DNA of 64,000 nucleotides. Origin: Ginglymostoma cirratum (Eukaryota). The first letter of the stretch is position 1. Each line of letters starts with the position of its first letter. Where the stretch lies: the NCBI GenBank assembly GCA_024137785.1, contig JAHRHZ010000222.1:30546785-30610784 (forward strand), in the 5' to 3' direction. The position numbers and the translations under genes were made by a program. The notes under the pieces were generated by a model. That model was given only the letters and a program-made list of their open reading frames with translations, did not search any database and had not been told where the DNA came from. Below are positions 1 to 13,124 of the stretch, one piece after another.

Positions 1-129
1 ATTTAACCAGAAAAAACAGACGCTTAATTGGCATTCTCAGCCAGAGAAGTGTAAGGGTTGTTGTTGCCAAGATTGGAAAAATGGTGCCCTATTCTACCAG
101 TAGATGCCCTCCTGATGATGTAAGCTTGA

Positions 130-1170
130 AGAGGGTACTGAGGGTCCTCAGCATCTTTGAGCAGTATACTGAGTGAAAATATATTGAAGACGCTGCAGTT
201 ATCTGAGTGAAAGACAGCATTGGCGGTTTCTCCATATGACCGAGGAAGCCATCACCTACATCTGCTGCCTCCTGCAGGCAGATCTGCAGCCACACAGCTT
301 AGTAGGAAATGCAATGCGTGTGGTGCTGAATATCACCATGGCACTGAACTTTCTAATGACGGGCTCCTTTCAAACTTCAGTTCAGAACATGTGTGGCATC
401 ACCCAATCAACAGTCCACACGTGTAACCTGGAGCTCAGCGAAACCCTTCACAGGGAAGCAATATCATGGACCCAGATAGCCAAGGGGCCCATACTGTGGA
501 TTTGCAGTCATCACTGGACTCCTTTGGGTACAAAGGACTGGATTCATTGTGCTCACAGCTCCCTGACATCCTCCAGCCAGATTCCTGAACAGAGAGGGAT
601 TTCAGTATCTCAACATCCAGCTTCTCTGAGACTACAACAACTCTTGAAGCTGGGCTTGCAGCATTTACATTCCACATAGCTCCCAGGCTCCACGCAGTGA
701 CAACTCACCCCCACCCCCCACACACAGTGTCATCTCTAGGGTTGGCTGATGGGTGTCTGTGGGTATCCCCAGGAGGCACAGCTAATGACTGCAGTATGAA
801 GCCCTCAGGCTGATGCTAAACAGCACAACAATCCAGAATATGCATCCACTAGGATTGTCACTGAACACACAATTGCCCTTCTGAAGATGCACTTCTATTG
901 TGTGGACCACGCAAGAGGAGCACTCCAGTACTTGCTGGGCAGGGATGCTGGAACATCAACTGTTTGCAGCACCCTGCCTAACATTGCTTGGCGATGAGGT
1001 GAAAGAGGGAGTGATGGACAGTCATCTTTCTCCTCAGATAAGGAAAGGAAGGGCATCTAATGGAGATAGTAAGGGAGCTAACACTGATGATTAGGATGCT
1101 AAGAAAGTCAGGGCATTAGTAACTAGAGACAGAAAGGCATGAGAAAATCTGATAGTGGCAAGACTCTAGA
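130..1170 (+). pseudogene. Decayed PIF/Harbinger (HARBI1-like DDE) transposase
   Basis: Frames read ICCLLQADLQP..NITMALNFLMTGSFQ..CGITQSTVHTC (236-430), GWLMGVCGYP..LMT (~740-790) and ASTRIVTEHTIALLKMHFYCVDHARGALQY (~842-932). These match the Harbinger motifs ALNF.A.GSFQ, GWLLGD.GYP and TR..IE.TIG.LK.RFRCLD.SGG.LQY. Stops and frameshifts are present. A possible terminal end AAAAATCTGGC+TAA lies at 1485-1498. Confidence 0.85.
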
Positions 1171-1649
1171 ACAAATGACATTGCATCAATACATATGGAC
1201 ACTCAGAATTATGAGTCATTTATGGGGAAGACGCATTTCTGCTCTCAAGAGAATATTTTATTTATAATTTTAAAGCATTAAGCTACTTTGTTTCACATAA
1301 ATTGTGAACTAATTTGTTTCCTTTGCACTAATAACTTCTTGTTCAGTTCTCTGGCCAGAGCATCAGCATGGAGAGATGCAGGATTATGATAGGGCCTGCA
1401 CTTATGATTCAACTCATCATTTGCATCTCTCCTATCACGGAGGTTTAAGAGGGGCTAAACAAGGCTGGTTGACTCATGAAACATAAAAATCTGGCTAAGA
1501 TCCCACTTTTCAAAGGTTATAGTCCAGAGGCCAGCAGAGGATGAGAGCCTCTGTGTTTTCTGCGAAGGTAATCAAAGCCCCTCAAGGTAGTCAGAAGCTT
1601 TAACAGATTGAAAGAGACGACAGGACTATGGTACAAAGTGCGAGATCCT

Positions 1650-1797
1650 TGTGTCAGGTTAGGTGGATAAGCCATGGGAGCTGCAGAGTTGCAGGGGTAG
1701 GATACGGGGGAGTGTCTGGGTGGGATGGTCTTCAGAGAGTTGGTGTGGACTTGTTGGGCCGAATGTCCTGTTTCTACACTGTCGGGATTCTAATCTA
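1650..1797 (+). mobile_element. 3' part of shark HE1/V-SINE-like element with CR1-derived tail
   Basis: GTCAGGTTAGGTGGATAAGCCATG...GGACTTGTTGGGCCGAATGTCCTGTTTCTACACTGT..GATTCT; a similar tail ends the CR1 copies at ~9845-9885 and 11625-11670. Confidence 0.6.
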
Positions 1798-1799
1798 AA

Positions 1800-1938
1800 A
1801 CCTAGAAAATGCTGGAAAAATTCAGTAGTTCTGGCAGCGTACTTGGAGAAAGGGACACAGATAACGTTTCGAATCTTGTATGACCGTTCTTCTAGGAACA
1901 TGCCATTGAACTTTGATGCTGCCTTTTCCGGCATCTCT
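1800..1938 (-). mobile_element. PLE 3'-tail mini-element with degenerate hammerhead motif and partial fold-back
   Basis: AAATGCTGGAAAAATTCAG..TCTGGCAGC..GATAACGTTTCGAATC..TGACCGTTCTTCTAG; homologous to the 34725-34954 element; short inverted remnant GATGCTGCC..TTTTCCGGCAT. Confidence 0.6.
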
Positions 1939-2626
1939 CAAAGCCCCAAGGATGGATGGGGTGATGAACAAACTTGAGTGATACTCCTGAATTTGAATTT
2001 GTGAAAATACTGGCTGTGCCTTTTAAATATGGCATCTGCAAATTGAAACCCAGAAGACCCTGGTGATGGGTAAAACTTCCTGCCTGCCTGTCCATAAACT
2101 TTGCCATTTCACCTGTTCGTGAACATGCAATGATTTGACAAGTACATAGTTGCACAAGAAAACTCAATCCATCCCCAAGGGGAAGTTCCTCGCTTTCACA
2201 CTTAATCTCAAAGAAACAAGATACCGCCCCTCATGGGTGACAGCATGGATACCGGTGAAGAAAGAACATTACTGTATATTTATATCAAGGCAGAAGTCAG
2301 TTCTGTAGTTGCTCAACCTGGTGCCTTTCATGATGCCGTGGCAACTGATCATCTAGAGAATGTTAGAATGGAATGAAGATCCTCAAGACAATGGATTAAA
2401 AACAAATGTAATCCTCTTTAGAGAAAACAATATTTCTTCTTCCAGGAAATAATGTATTTTAAAACCTAATGTTACAACAGAAAAATAAAATGAATCCTTC
2501 CATATTATCCTATCTAGGAGAACTGCAATGTCACAAAGCCTTATAGCCTGAAGTACAGAATTTTGGTTAAAACATTGAGATTATGCCATCTTCTTTAGAG
2601 TGTTTTTGGCTATTGTTTACCCTAGC

Positions 2627-3551
2627 TGTAACTAACCTCCAGCCCCAAATAGTACACCAATATGAAGCAGTGCACACCATTATGAAATAATTGCAGCATT
2701 TAAGAAAGCAAATATAATAATTGAGACCAATTTTAATCTTCATATCGACTTTCGATTGAAATTGGTGATGGTAGCTGTGCTACAGTCATGCTTTACATCA
2801 AAAATTCACTGCCTAAAACCCACTGATTTTGAAAAGACTAAGGCAATGTTCCAGTGACATGAAACCACAGTTTCTAAGATTGCTGAACTTTTGCATCAGC
2901 GCACATGACAAATTCCAAAACCATTAAGTGGAGTTAAGCTGCCTACAGACAGAATCAGAAAAGGCAGCAAGACCCTTGGGTGTGCCTCCCCCTCTTAGCT
3001 ATCATCCCATCCAATGTGGATATTTGAATCCTGTCAGCAGTTTGTCCATCCACATACTGTAGAAAGGAGCCATTTTTAAACATCAACCTTACAGCTGTTT
3101 TCTCCAAAAGCAAAGATAAATTGACTGCAACATCTTTATTTCACCTTGATACAGATTCCTGAGAGACCATAGAGCTCAGACCAGATCCATTAAATTTATC
3201 AACATATGAGATCTGTATTAGTCTAACCTTTATTGGAGTTTAAATTATTACTAAATCCATTCTCCTACTCTCCATCCTATTGTATGTGTGAATCTGAGTG
3301 CCTGTGTAAGTGAAAGTTGAAGAATTTTTATCATTTTAACTTGGACCAGGTTAAGTTCAATAAATACTGCCGACTTTCTTTATATAAGTTGTAAACAGAC
3401 CTATCTTTGTCTTTCACAGTCACAGCATGTAATCAGTTAAACACTCATTGAATTGACAAACCAATGTTCTGTTTTTGAAAATCATATTGTAATCAAACAA
3501 GGAGCACACAAACAATGGAGTCCTTTTATCCCTCTTCGCCGGATTGTAAGA
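2627..3551. mobile_element. Possible solo LTR
   Basis: Begins TGTAAC, ends ..GGATTGTAAGA, internal AATAAA (~3359), non-coding; no TSD found. Confidence 0.3.
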
Positions 3552-3559
3552 GGACATTT

Positions 3560-6280
3560 GAAGATAAGGCCACAAGGTGTAGTTGGAGCAAATCCTTGGA
3601 ATAATACGTGCTGGAACTGACCAGGGAATAAATCATTTTGGATCTGGTAATGTGTTATGAGGCTGTAAGAGCTTCTAAATTTATATAAAAAGGAAGAGAG
3701 TAACTAAAGTAAACATTGGTCCTTTAGAGGATGAGACTGGAGAATTAAGAATGGGAAATAAGGAAATGCCAGAGACTTTGTACACAATTTCTATATCTGT
3801 CTTTACTGCGGAGGACAAAAAAACCCTGAAAATAATAGAAAACCAATGTTTTAAAAAAACTACTAGATATAAAGTAGAAACAATAAACAGGTTACAGCAC
3901 AAAGGAACAATTTAGCCCATAATGTCTACATCAGCTGCCTCAACTATCCACCCATTCTAATGCCAGTTATAGCATCTGGTCCACAGTCTTGCAGGTACAG
4001 TGCTTCAGATGCATGTAACGTACAATGTAAAATAATAGGACTAAAGGCTGACATGTCCCCTGAACCCAACAGCTTACATCCTAGAATGTAAAATAAGTGA
4101 CTACAGAGACAGTGGATACATTGGTTGTCAACTTCCAAAATTCCCAAGATTCAGGAATAATCCCAATGGATTTCAAAACTAAAATGCAACGCCTCCATTC
4201 AAGAAGAGGGGTACAGTGCATTTAGAAAATCATAATACAATCAAGCAAAGTCAACAAGGCATCATGAAAGGAAGATCACAACTGACTCATTTGTTAGGGA
4301 TCATTCAGGATGAAAAAAAGCAGAATGACCAAAAGGCAAGCAGTAGATACAGTGTGCTTGGATTTCCAAAAGGCATTCATATGGATACCACATAAAAATT
4401 ACGACGCAACACAAAAGTTCATGGTACTGGATACAATATTGCTTGCATGAATAGAGGAATGGCTAATTAACAGGAAACAGAGTTGGGATAAACTGGTCAT
4501 TTTGACTTGGTAAACTGTAAAAATTAGAGTTCCACAGGGATTAGTACTGTACCGCAACTATTTTCACATAAGTTATTTCAGTGAAGTAGGTTGAATTCAA
4601 ATTTGAGGATGATAAAAAGATAGCTGGGAAAGCAGGCTATCAGGGAATGCAAAGCATCTGAAAATGTATCCAGCTCAGTTCGATGAATGGGCACAAAATT
4701 GGTAGATGAAGTATAATGTAGGAAAACATTTCTACTTTCACAGGAGAACTAGAAAAGCCGAATATTGTTTAAATATTTGGAATCTGTATGATGCTGTGGT
4801 ACAGTCCTCATGTATAAATCCTGCAATGACAGAGTTGTCCTATGAAGAAAGCTTGAGGAGTTTGGGCCAACACCTCATTGGAGGTTAAAAGAATGAGGGC
4901 TAATCTTATTGAAACATCAGGTTCAGGGAGGGGGCATGAAGGCGGGTGGTGTGTGTAGACAGGGTCAATATCGAAAGGATGTTTCCCCATGGAGGGGATC
5001 TCAAATTAAAGGTCACAGCTTCAGAATAAGTGGATCCCATACATGGATGGAGATGAAAAAAAGTTTGAATACAGTGTCTTCTTTATTTCTATCCTTTGTT
5101 CATTGAAATGAAATGAAATCGAATTAAATTAGTTGACTGAAATGAGAAAAAAACTATTTTAAAACTAGGGATTGCAAGTCGTGCTACATGGTTTGAAAGT
5201 AAGTAATTTGTTACACCTTGTGAACATAACAATGCATCACTGTGCGTTCCAGCTAGTGGGTGCAGATGAACTGGAGTTGCAGGAGTGTGTATAAATGGAC
5301 CTTTGGTTGGCAACGAGTTGCTAATTGGTTTGTGGTCTACTGACCAGTTAGCAATGGCAAATACCTCCTGTTCAGCAACAATTATGTGATTGCTTCTCAG
5401 ATCGCGAACAGCTTGGAGATGTGAACAAGTTATGAAGAAGCCCTCAGACCACTTTGAGCTTAGGAACTTGCTCCCTGTTCTGTTCAGTAAGCCATTTTAA
5501 ACTTGAAGCAGTTTATCCTTCATTCAACAATCATTGTAAGCATGTGATGTTTCCATAATAAGTCAGAGATCATTTATCAGAAAACTAATTACACTGTGTT
5601 TCTTTCAAACTAGTTGCTTAGAGAAGAATGACTGAGAAGTAGCATTCTGACCAGGATAAGAATCCTAAGAATTATCTCAACAGATCCTATGAACAATGAC
5701 AAGGGAGCTGCTTCTCCTGTGTTCCCTTCATTCCTAACACCCATGTATTTTTTAGTGTCTACGTCTGTCTGTCCACATGGAAGTGTAAAAGGGGATGAAA
5801 GTTTTAATTAATATGCCAACATTTCATAACTGTTTACTTGTAGCTAGAGTCTATTTACCTGTAATAGTAGCTTTGTTAAGTATAGATTGCATGCTTTCTG
5901 TCAATGTCAGTCCAGAACACAGATAAATAGAGGAATCTTTGCACACTTAAAATGTTTACCTTTTGTGATGACTCCAGAAATAGCAGGGTTTGATTTTCAG
6001 CACATAACTCCAGTGAGTCATGGCAAAAGGAACTTCTCTCTCAGATGGTCATAAATCTGTTGAATTTTCTACCTGATGCAGCAATGGAGACTGTGTCATT
6101 GAATATGTTCAAGGTCAAGTTACATCATTTTTGATCTATAAAGCAGTCAAAGGTTATAGGGTTCAGGCAGGGAAAGTGGAGTTAGGGCTACAATCAAATA
6201 GCCATGATCTTATTAAATGGCAGAGCAAGCTTGAAGTTGGAGCAAGTCATGCTCCTGCTCCTACTTCTTATTCTTAAACA
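3560..6280 (+). mobile_element. Decayed CR1 LINE (EN remnant, RT, 3' tail), interrupted by an insert at ~5060-6025
   Basis: Remnants of ILDLVMC, ADMSPEPNSLHPR (DKSPGPDGLHPR), AVDTVCLDFQKAF, W.MKYNVGK and LSYEESLRSLG. The CR1 sequence resumes at ~6026 (GGAACTTCTCTCTCAGATGGTC) and ends in the CR1 3' UTR at ~6275. Confidence 0.85.
5208..6025. mobile_element. Solo-LTR-like insert inside CR1
   Basis: Starts TGTTACAC, ends GTCATGGCA, non-coding, and separates two colinear parts of the CR1. Confidence 0.45.
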
Positions 6281-6444
6281 ATGAGATTGGTTGTAAGAGA
6301 AAAGAGATATACACAAACCTAATCTTGAAAACAGTCTTTGCTTCAACCAGTTCTACCTTGACCTGCTCTTCAAGTCATGGGAGCCTTGTCTTCAGCTTTC
6401 TGGCAGAGTTCACCGATGGCAGAATTCTTATCTGATGTATTTTC

Positions 6445-6710
6445 TCACTCACATCACTAACAAGGCTACCATGTATTGCCCAATAATTGCCCTTATGGAA
6501 TGGCTTATTAGGATATTTCAAAGGCTGAGAGCAGTCAACCACATTGCTGTGGGTCTGGAGTCACAAATAGGCCATACTAGGTTAGTGGGAAGATTCCCAT
6601 CTTAAAGGAACTTAGCCAGCTACCCTAGCGGAATTTGAACCCATGTCTTCAGATCATTGGTCCACACCTTTGGATTACAAGTCCCATAATGCAACCATTC
6701 TGCTACCATT
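6445..6710 (-). mobile_element. tRNA-head SINE with LINE-derived tail (decayed)
   Basis: The reverse strand shows A-box-like TGGTAGCAGAATGG and B-box-like GGGTTCAAATTCC. The tail GGGCAATTATTGGGCAATACATGG resembles the LINE tail at ~19735-19790. Confidence 0.55.
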
Positions 6711-7469
6711 AGTGAAGACTTCCCTATAATTGGATCAGACTTTGAAACTTAACTGAGTGATTCTCAAATGTTCTAGCTGAAAATGAATGTACAATTATTA
6801 ACAGAAAACTTTCTCCCGTACCCATGGGAAGGCATAAATTTGACCGGATTAATGGCAGAAGAAGAATGTGAGGGTGCTTTTTGAAGAGCGTAAGATGTGG
6901 GAATTACATCCCTTGTGATTTCACCCATTAACTTGCTGAACTTATTCATAATACCTTGATGATGATGAATGAAGCAGAATTTATTTTTAACAAAGTGGAA
7001 GATTCACTTAATTTATCATTTTAGTAATTAACACGTTTTATTCTGGCAATGAGCAACTAAACATTTCAAGATATACCACAAAATATTGAAATTGCATTTA
7101 AAATGTCATTAAGAATCCCATCCCTCTTGAATGAAATTATATTAAATGCATGCCTTAATGTTATAAATGTATCAGAGCTCATTGCTAAAGGTTAATGTTT
7201 GGAAAGGGTATTTTAGCAAAACTTTTTACTGTAAATAGGATTATGGATCTCTTCAAACAGGCCTCTCAAAAATACAATAAATGGATAAAAGATCGATCAT
7301 TCAAGCATTCATCCTTAAACAGTTCTAGTCACATCGTTTTAATGCCATGCAGTTGCACCAGTGATGTAAACAGTAAAATGTAAAGTTGATGAAATTTCTG
7401 TTTGCCATATGTAATAAAAGACTTGATTTCACTTTCAGCAACACAGTTTCTTTTTCACTTTTTACATCA

Positions 7470-7870
7470 AAGAATCACAGAATGATATAGCACAGACAGA
7501 GACCATTTGGTCCATTATGCCTGTGCTGACTCTTTCAAAGAGTTATCCAATTCGTCCTATTCCCCTGCCCTTGCATCATAGCCCTTGCATGTTTTTCTGC
7601 TTCAAGTATTTATCCAATTTCCTTTTCAAAGTTAATAATGAATCTGCTTCTATCAACCATACAGCCAGTGGTCCCAGATCATAATAACACAGTGTGTAAA
7701 AAGTTTCCTCCCTTTCTAGTGTCTTATTTTTCTTTAACCAATTATTTTAAACCTATTTCCCTTAACTATTGGCTTTCCTATCACATGGCACTAACTTTAG
7801 AAAGTGTTTCTTCATTTACTCTATTATGCACTCATGTCAATCTTCTATAAATATGTCTTTGAAAACTCAA
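7470..7870 (-). mobile_element. CR1 3' end fragment
   Basis: GAATCACAGAATG..GACCATTTGGTCCATT..TTCAAGTATTTATCCAATT..GTGTAAAAAGTTTCC, homologous to 11625-12035. Confidence 0.75.
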
Positions 7871-8584
7871 ATGCATTTTTTTTACTAAAAGCATTAATTT
7901 TGTTTTATTTCCTTGTTCCACCTGATTTTTGTTTAAAGTTTTTACCTTTCTTTTGGTTGCCCAATCAAGAGAGCAAGCAAGCAAATTGCACCCAAGCCTC
8001 TGCAAACACCAGTCTTGTGCCAGCTGTTCAGAGGGTTCTGGCATGTGGCATGGACGCAGGTGACACAAACACCAATCTTCTCCCTTTGTCCCAATGGAGA
8101 AGTGCTTAGTCTCCCTTCAGCTATTCCTCTCCTGGCACAGCTGAGACCAGAAACTCACCATGGGCAGAAACTCAAATCAAATCACATCAGTGAACCGTGC
8201 CACCATTCTGTTTCATATACACTATACAAATCTATCAGACAATGCCAGTTAGAAAAGGCATTAGTTGCAAGTATGGGATCAGTTTCCACACATATTTTGA
8301 AAACAACCCACTCAACTCCAGGTCTATCACTGCATCCTCTAACATCAGGATATGAATTAGCCAGAATTTTCTCCAAGTGAATTCTCTTAATCAATTCCAG
8401 TAAAAAGGCCGCACAGCCATGTCCCTGATGTTGTCTTAAACAATGTGTACCTGAAAAATCAAACTAACAGGATGAGATAAGCTCCGCCCATCAGGATACA
8501 AAAAACTGTTCTTTGGAGGATGTTCAGCAAGTGTTGTCCCAGTCTTTTCCTGTGTGCCAGAATGTATTTGTAACAGTAACACAT

Positions 8585-9885
8585 ACTTATTCTTAAACAT
8601 GATCAGGGATAGTCAACACGGCTTTGTCAGAGGGTGACTATGCCGGACAAATTTGATTGAATTTTGCAAGAAGGTGATAAGGTATGTAGATGAAGGTAGT
8701 GCAGTTGATGTAGTTTACATGAATATCATCAAAGTCTTTGAGAAGATCCCACATGGGAGATTGATAAAGAAGGTAAAAGTACATGAGATTCAGGGTAACT
8801 TGATAAATTGGATCCAAAATTGGCTGAGTGGTAAGAGTCCGAGGGTAATAGTAGAAGACTGTTTGTGTGCCTAGAGGAGAGTGTCCAGTGGTGTGCCACA
8901 GTGAAACAGTGTGAGTCTCTTATTGTTGACAATATATATACACAATATAGATGACAATGTAGAGAGTTAGGGTTGGGGTGGGTGGGATGGAAGTAAGTTT
9001 GTCGATAACGTAAAGATTCACACTGTGGTTACTAGCGACGAAGAAAGTCTTAGGTTACAGGAAGATATAGAACAGGTTGGTCAGATACACAGATCAGTGG
9101 CATATCGAATTTGACCCTGAAAAGTGTAAAGTGATGCACTTTGGAAGAAGTAAGAAGACAAGAGACTACTCAATGAATGGTAAGAATCTAGGAATCTCAG
9201 AGGAACAGAGGGATCTTGTGGTGATTGTGCACATATCCCTGAACTGGTCAGATAGATTAATAGTATAGTTAAGGCAGCATATAGGACACTTGACTTTATC
9301 AGTCAAAGCAAAGATTATAAATGTCAGGAGGTCATGTTGGAGTTTTACAGAAGTTTGATTAGGCCACAACTGGAGTACAATGTGCTTTTCTGGTCACCAC
9401 ACAATAGGAAGGATGTGATTGCACTGGAGGGAGTGCAAAGGAGGTTCACCAGGATGTTGTTTGGGATAGAGCAGTTTAGCTATGAAGAGACACTGGATAG
9501 GCTGAGGTTGTTTTCTTACAGCAGAAAAGGCTGAGAAAGCACCTCTTTGACGGGTATAAGATTATGAGGGGCATGGACAGGGTGGATAGGAAATGGCTAT
9601 TCCCCTCAGTGAAAGGGTCAATAACAAGATGGCATAATTTTAATGTGAAAGTCAGGCAGTTTAGACAGGATTTGAGGGAATCTGTTTTTTCACCCAGAGG
9701 GCAGTAGGAATCTGGAATGCACTGCGTGGGAGGCAAAAAAACTTCAACCTTTAAAAGGTATGTGGATGAGCACTTATAATGTCATAACATGCAAGGGTAT
9801 GGGCCATATGCTGAAAAGTGGGATTAGTGTAGGTAGGTCAGTGCAGACTCAATGGGCCACAGGGCCTCTTCAGTGCTGTATGCCA
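8585..9885 (+). mobile_element. 5'-truncated CR1 LINE, RT C-terminal half and 3' UTR
   Basis: ORFs give VDEGSAVDVVYMNIIKVFEKIPHGRL..WIQNWL, FDPEKCKVMHFG and YRSLIRPQLEYNVLFWSP..DVIALEGVQRRFTRM; frameshifted. Confidence 0.95.
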
Positions 9886-10369
9886 TATCACCTGTAATCT
9901 TACCACAGACTCGCATGTATCTCAGAAACAATGTAACTAGCTATCAAGTAATATGTAATCAACAGATTCTGTTTATCAACACTGAGTCCATCTTTTCCTG
10001 AAGTCATTGTGTGGTCATTCTTTCCCACCTAATACCGGTAACTTAGATTAATACCAAGAAGATGGTTTTGAGGTGGTGAATCTACACACGGATTCTCAGA
10101 TGGTTCAAGTGGACATAACCATAATAAACATCACGTGAACTCTATTCTGTAATTCCAGTTAAACAGGTTGAACTAGATGGTACTCAACCATGGTGATAGA
10201 TGACCATAGACAGTTTCCCCATATCCTATTCCTTACTATTTATTTCTACTTCAGCAACATATCTCAACACTTGTGGTGATAATGACTCCATGCCGATTGC
10301 CATCTTTCCTAGATCCATGCTGCATAAACTTCAACTTGATCAAACCCACCCGTCCCCAACCTTCCTCGA

Positions 10370-10542
10370 CCTGAAACAGAAGAATTGAAATTGATGGAGA
10401 AACCTAACAGCACCTGTGGAGAGAAATGCAGTTAACATTTCATGTCCAGCGACCCTTCCTCGGATATCAGATCACACACTGGAAACATTAACTCTGCTAT
10501 CTCTCCACCAACATTGCCTGACTGACTGAGTTTCTCCAGAAG

Positions 10543-10546
<4 letters not shown>
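10370..10546. mobile_element. Palindromic PLE-tail mini-element (decayed)
   Basis: GGAGAGAAATGCAGTTAACATTTC is inverted against GAAACATTAACTCTGCTATCTCTCC; centre GACCCTTCCTCGG is the reverse of a hammerhead 5' core. Confidence 0.65.
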
Positions 10547-10575
<29 letters not shown>

Positions 10576-10591
10576 CTGTGAGAGAGAGAGA
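10547..10591. repeat. (TG)14 + (GA)n compound microsatellite
   Basis: Directly visible. Confidence 0.95.
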
Positions 10592-10679
10592 TATCCAGTT
10601 CTTTGATTCATTTCATTTATACCTATCCATGATCAGTCTGGCTTGCTTACTACTGCCATACTTATCAACATATGCTAAC

Positions 10680-10918
10680 ACATTGAACTCGACTCCATAT
10701 ATATTCCACTACGAAGGAAAACAGGAAGTCAGGCAATCCAGCTCAACGTACTCCAGAGTTTAAAAACCAGGCTAGAAAACACACCGATGCTTCATCGGAG
10801 GCTGTACTGATGTTACCCAGCATGGTAACGAAACGCCTGTGATACAAGAAACCAGCTCGGTGAGGCAACCAACCTCAACACCCACAACCCAAGCTACAAA
10901 TCTACTCCAAAACCTTAG
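10680..10918 (+). mobile_element. 5'-truncated PLE 3' end (second family) with perfect 12 bp TSD
   Basis: ACATATGCTAAC at 10668-10679 and 10919-10930. The insert starts with HIELDSIY (resembling the PLE C-terminal HI.LDPIY) and contains hammerhead-like CTGAT-GTTACC-CAGCAT-GGTAAC-GAAACGCC at 10807-10837. Confidence 0.8.
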
Positions 10919-11624
10919 ACATATGCTAACTGCCTAATCCTAAATCCAATGTGAAAATACTTGCCTTTGTTCCAGATCCATGTATGATCTTTTCCTTCCC
11001 ACCCTGCACAGCCTTCTCCAGTCCTACATCCCAGTCCATTTTTTATGATCGTGTAGTTTCAGACTCATGTGCATTTTACTCTTTCTCCCTTTACTCCATG
11101 TTAACTGTAACAGTAGCTAACACCATATTCTGCATAACTCTTGGAACAGAGACCCAGGCCACTCGCTAACAAGAGACGACAGGCAGAAGCATGTGGAAGG
11201 TAACTGCTGTAACCTCTACCTCCAGCAGACTAAGCAAGGGCCAGTTCAAAGCATGATTTTCATCCAAGCACAGAATTGCAATGTGTCAGTATAATTCGCT
11301 CTCATTGTATAAAAGTTCTAGTTCAAGCATGACATTTTAGTACAATTATTATGTATTTATCAGGATTCAATTATAACTGAAATGCTCTGCCAGAATCCAT
11401 TTTACAATTATAGTAGATTAGAGCCATATTTCCCTCTGTGTATTACTGGGAAAAGAGCAGTAAGTTAGCAGGTGAACAAGACAGACAGGTCAGAAAACCT
11501 GACATTTCCTCTTTTTACTGCTTCTTGGCATCTAGCTTCCATGTTAAAATATGTAAATAAATAAAGAAGAAAAATGTGCAGATTTATTCACAGCGGAGTA
11601 TGGGAAATGGTACAATACAAGTAG

Positions 11625-12035
11625 AGTCATAGAGTCATACAGCATGGAAACGGACCCTTCGGTCTACCCAGCCCATACCGAACATAATCCCAAATTAAGC
11701 TAGTCCCTGGCCCACACCTCTCCAAACCTTTCATATTCATGTACTTATCCAACTGTCTTTTAATTGTGCCCATATTCACCACTTCCTCAGGAAGTTCATT
11801 CCACACCTGAACCACCCTCTGTGTAAAAAAATTTGCCCCTCATTTTTTTAAAATCTCTTTCCTCTCACCTTAAAAATGTACCCCCTAGTCTTGAAATCCC
11901 CCATCCTAGGAAAAAGACAACCACCATTAACTCTATCTCTACCTCTCATGATTTTATAAACTTCTATAAGGTCAGATGTCACCCTCCTTTGTTCCAGTGG
12001 AAAAAGGTCCCAGCCTATCCTGCCTTTCTTCATAA
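11625..12035 (-). mobile_element. CR1 3' end
   Basis: ORFs LFPLEQRRVTSDLIEVYKIMRGRDRV and WNELPEEVV; tail CTGTATGACTCTATGACTCT. Confidence 0.95.
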
Positions 12036-12233
12036 ATCAGACCAGAGTGAATTCCAAGTTATGTCCAAATGGATGCCACTAAAAGAAATTCCTACAATAT
12101 CAATGGAACCCACTTAAGTTTTCAAACATAACTTGGCTCTTTGAACATGACCCATCATTCAGTAAGATCATGACAGATCTGATTACCCAGGATAACCTTT
12201 TAGCACCTTGCTTTAAGACCAACAGCACAGTTA

Positions 12234-12778
12234 CTGTGAAATATATGACAGTGCAGCCAGACCTAAAGGATAGCCCAAGTGCTGGGAACTTAGAAAGTAC
12301 AAAATCAAAGAATAACATACCATAGAGACCTACAGCAATTCAGTAACCCAGGCTTCCTCAAGGAGCTAAGCAGGAAATGCCCATGATCAGAAAGTCTCTC
12401 TATATGAGGTCAGACTGAGCTGAAAGCATATCAGCACGAATAGCACCCCGAGCTACCATTGTTCTCAAATATTCTGTTGCATGATCCCTCTGTAGGGAAA
12501 ACCACAGTGTCGATCATAGTATCATTACTGTGATTAAGGAAGTAAGACAAGCCCTATATCAATGTGCATCTATGCATGTGCATATCCTCAGGCTATAGTG
12601 ATTGTTAATCTGGTCTAATCAAGGAGGCCTGGCTGACAGACAGAAACAGGAGTGTCAGAGGTTCTGTTCACTTTGAGAGCTGGCTCTGAGGAAGTTGGGC
12701 CATTGTCAAGAACCGAGCACATGTTAATAAAGGATAACTTTGTGATGGGACATCAGTCTCTATGGAGTTATTTCACAG
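12234..12778 (+). mobile_element. Solo-LTR-like element with 10 bp terminal inverted repeat
   Basis: CTGTGAAATA (12234-12243) and TATTTCACAG (12769-12778) form a perfect inverted pair; AATAAA lies ~50 bp before the end; no TSD seen. Confidence 0.55.
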
Positions 12779-13124
12779 GAATTCTCATGGAGAACTTTGT
12801 GAAGAATCTACATCAAATAAATTCTAACAGAAAAGATTAGCCACATGGAAAAAAAATGTTGAAAACAGCACAATGATCACACCCAAGCAAAGTAAATTGC
12901 CTCTGATGGTACAGTTGAACAATTTAGCAAAAGCCAACAGGTATATTGGCTTACTTGGAAGTCAATTCTGTATGCACTGATATAGACAGCTCTGACTTTA
13001 CACTGAAGACCATACCTTCCAGCCATTTTGCACTGATGAAGTTGAGTGAGTATTGATTTCATGAACACAGGGAGAGCTTGTGGCCTTGGTAAGAGTTCTC
13101 TAAAATATTATTATATAAAAACCT

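Noticed and set aside
236-679. Functional HARBI1 gene
   Set aside because: Homology leaves the frame after ~65 codons; downstream motifs carry stops and substituted catalytic residues, so it is a transposon fossil.
7804-8450. ORFs 7804, 8015 and 8182, and a minus-strand acceptor at ~8450
   Set aside because: No recognisable domain; lengths are compatible with chance, and no partner splice sites were established.
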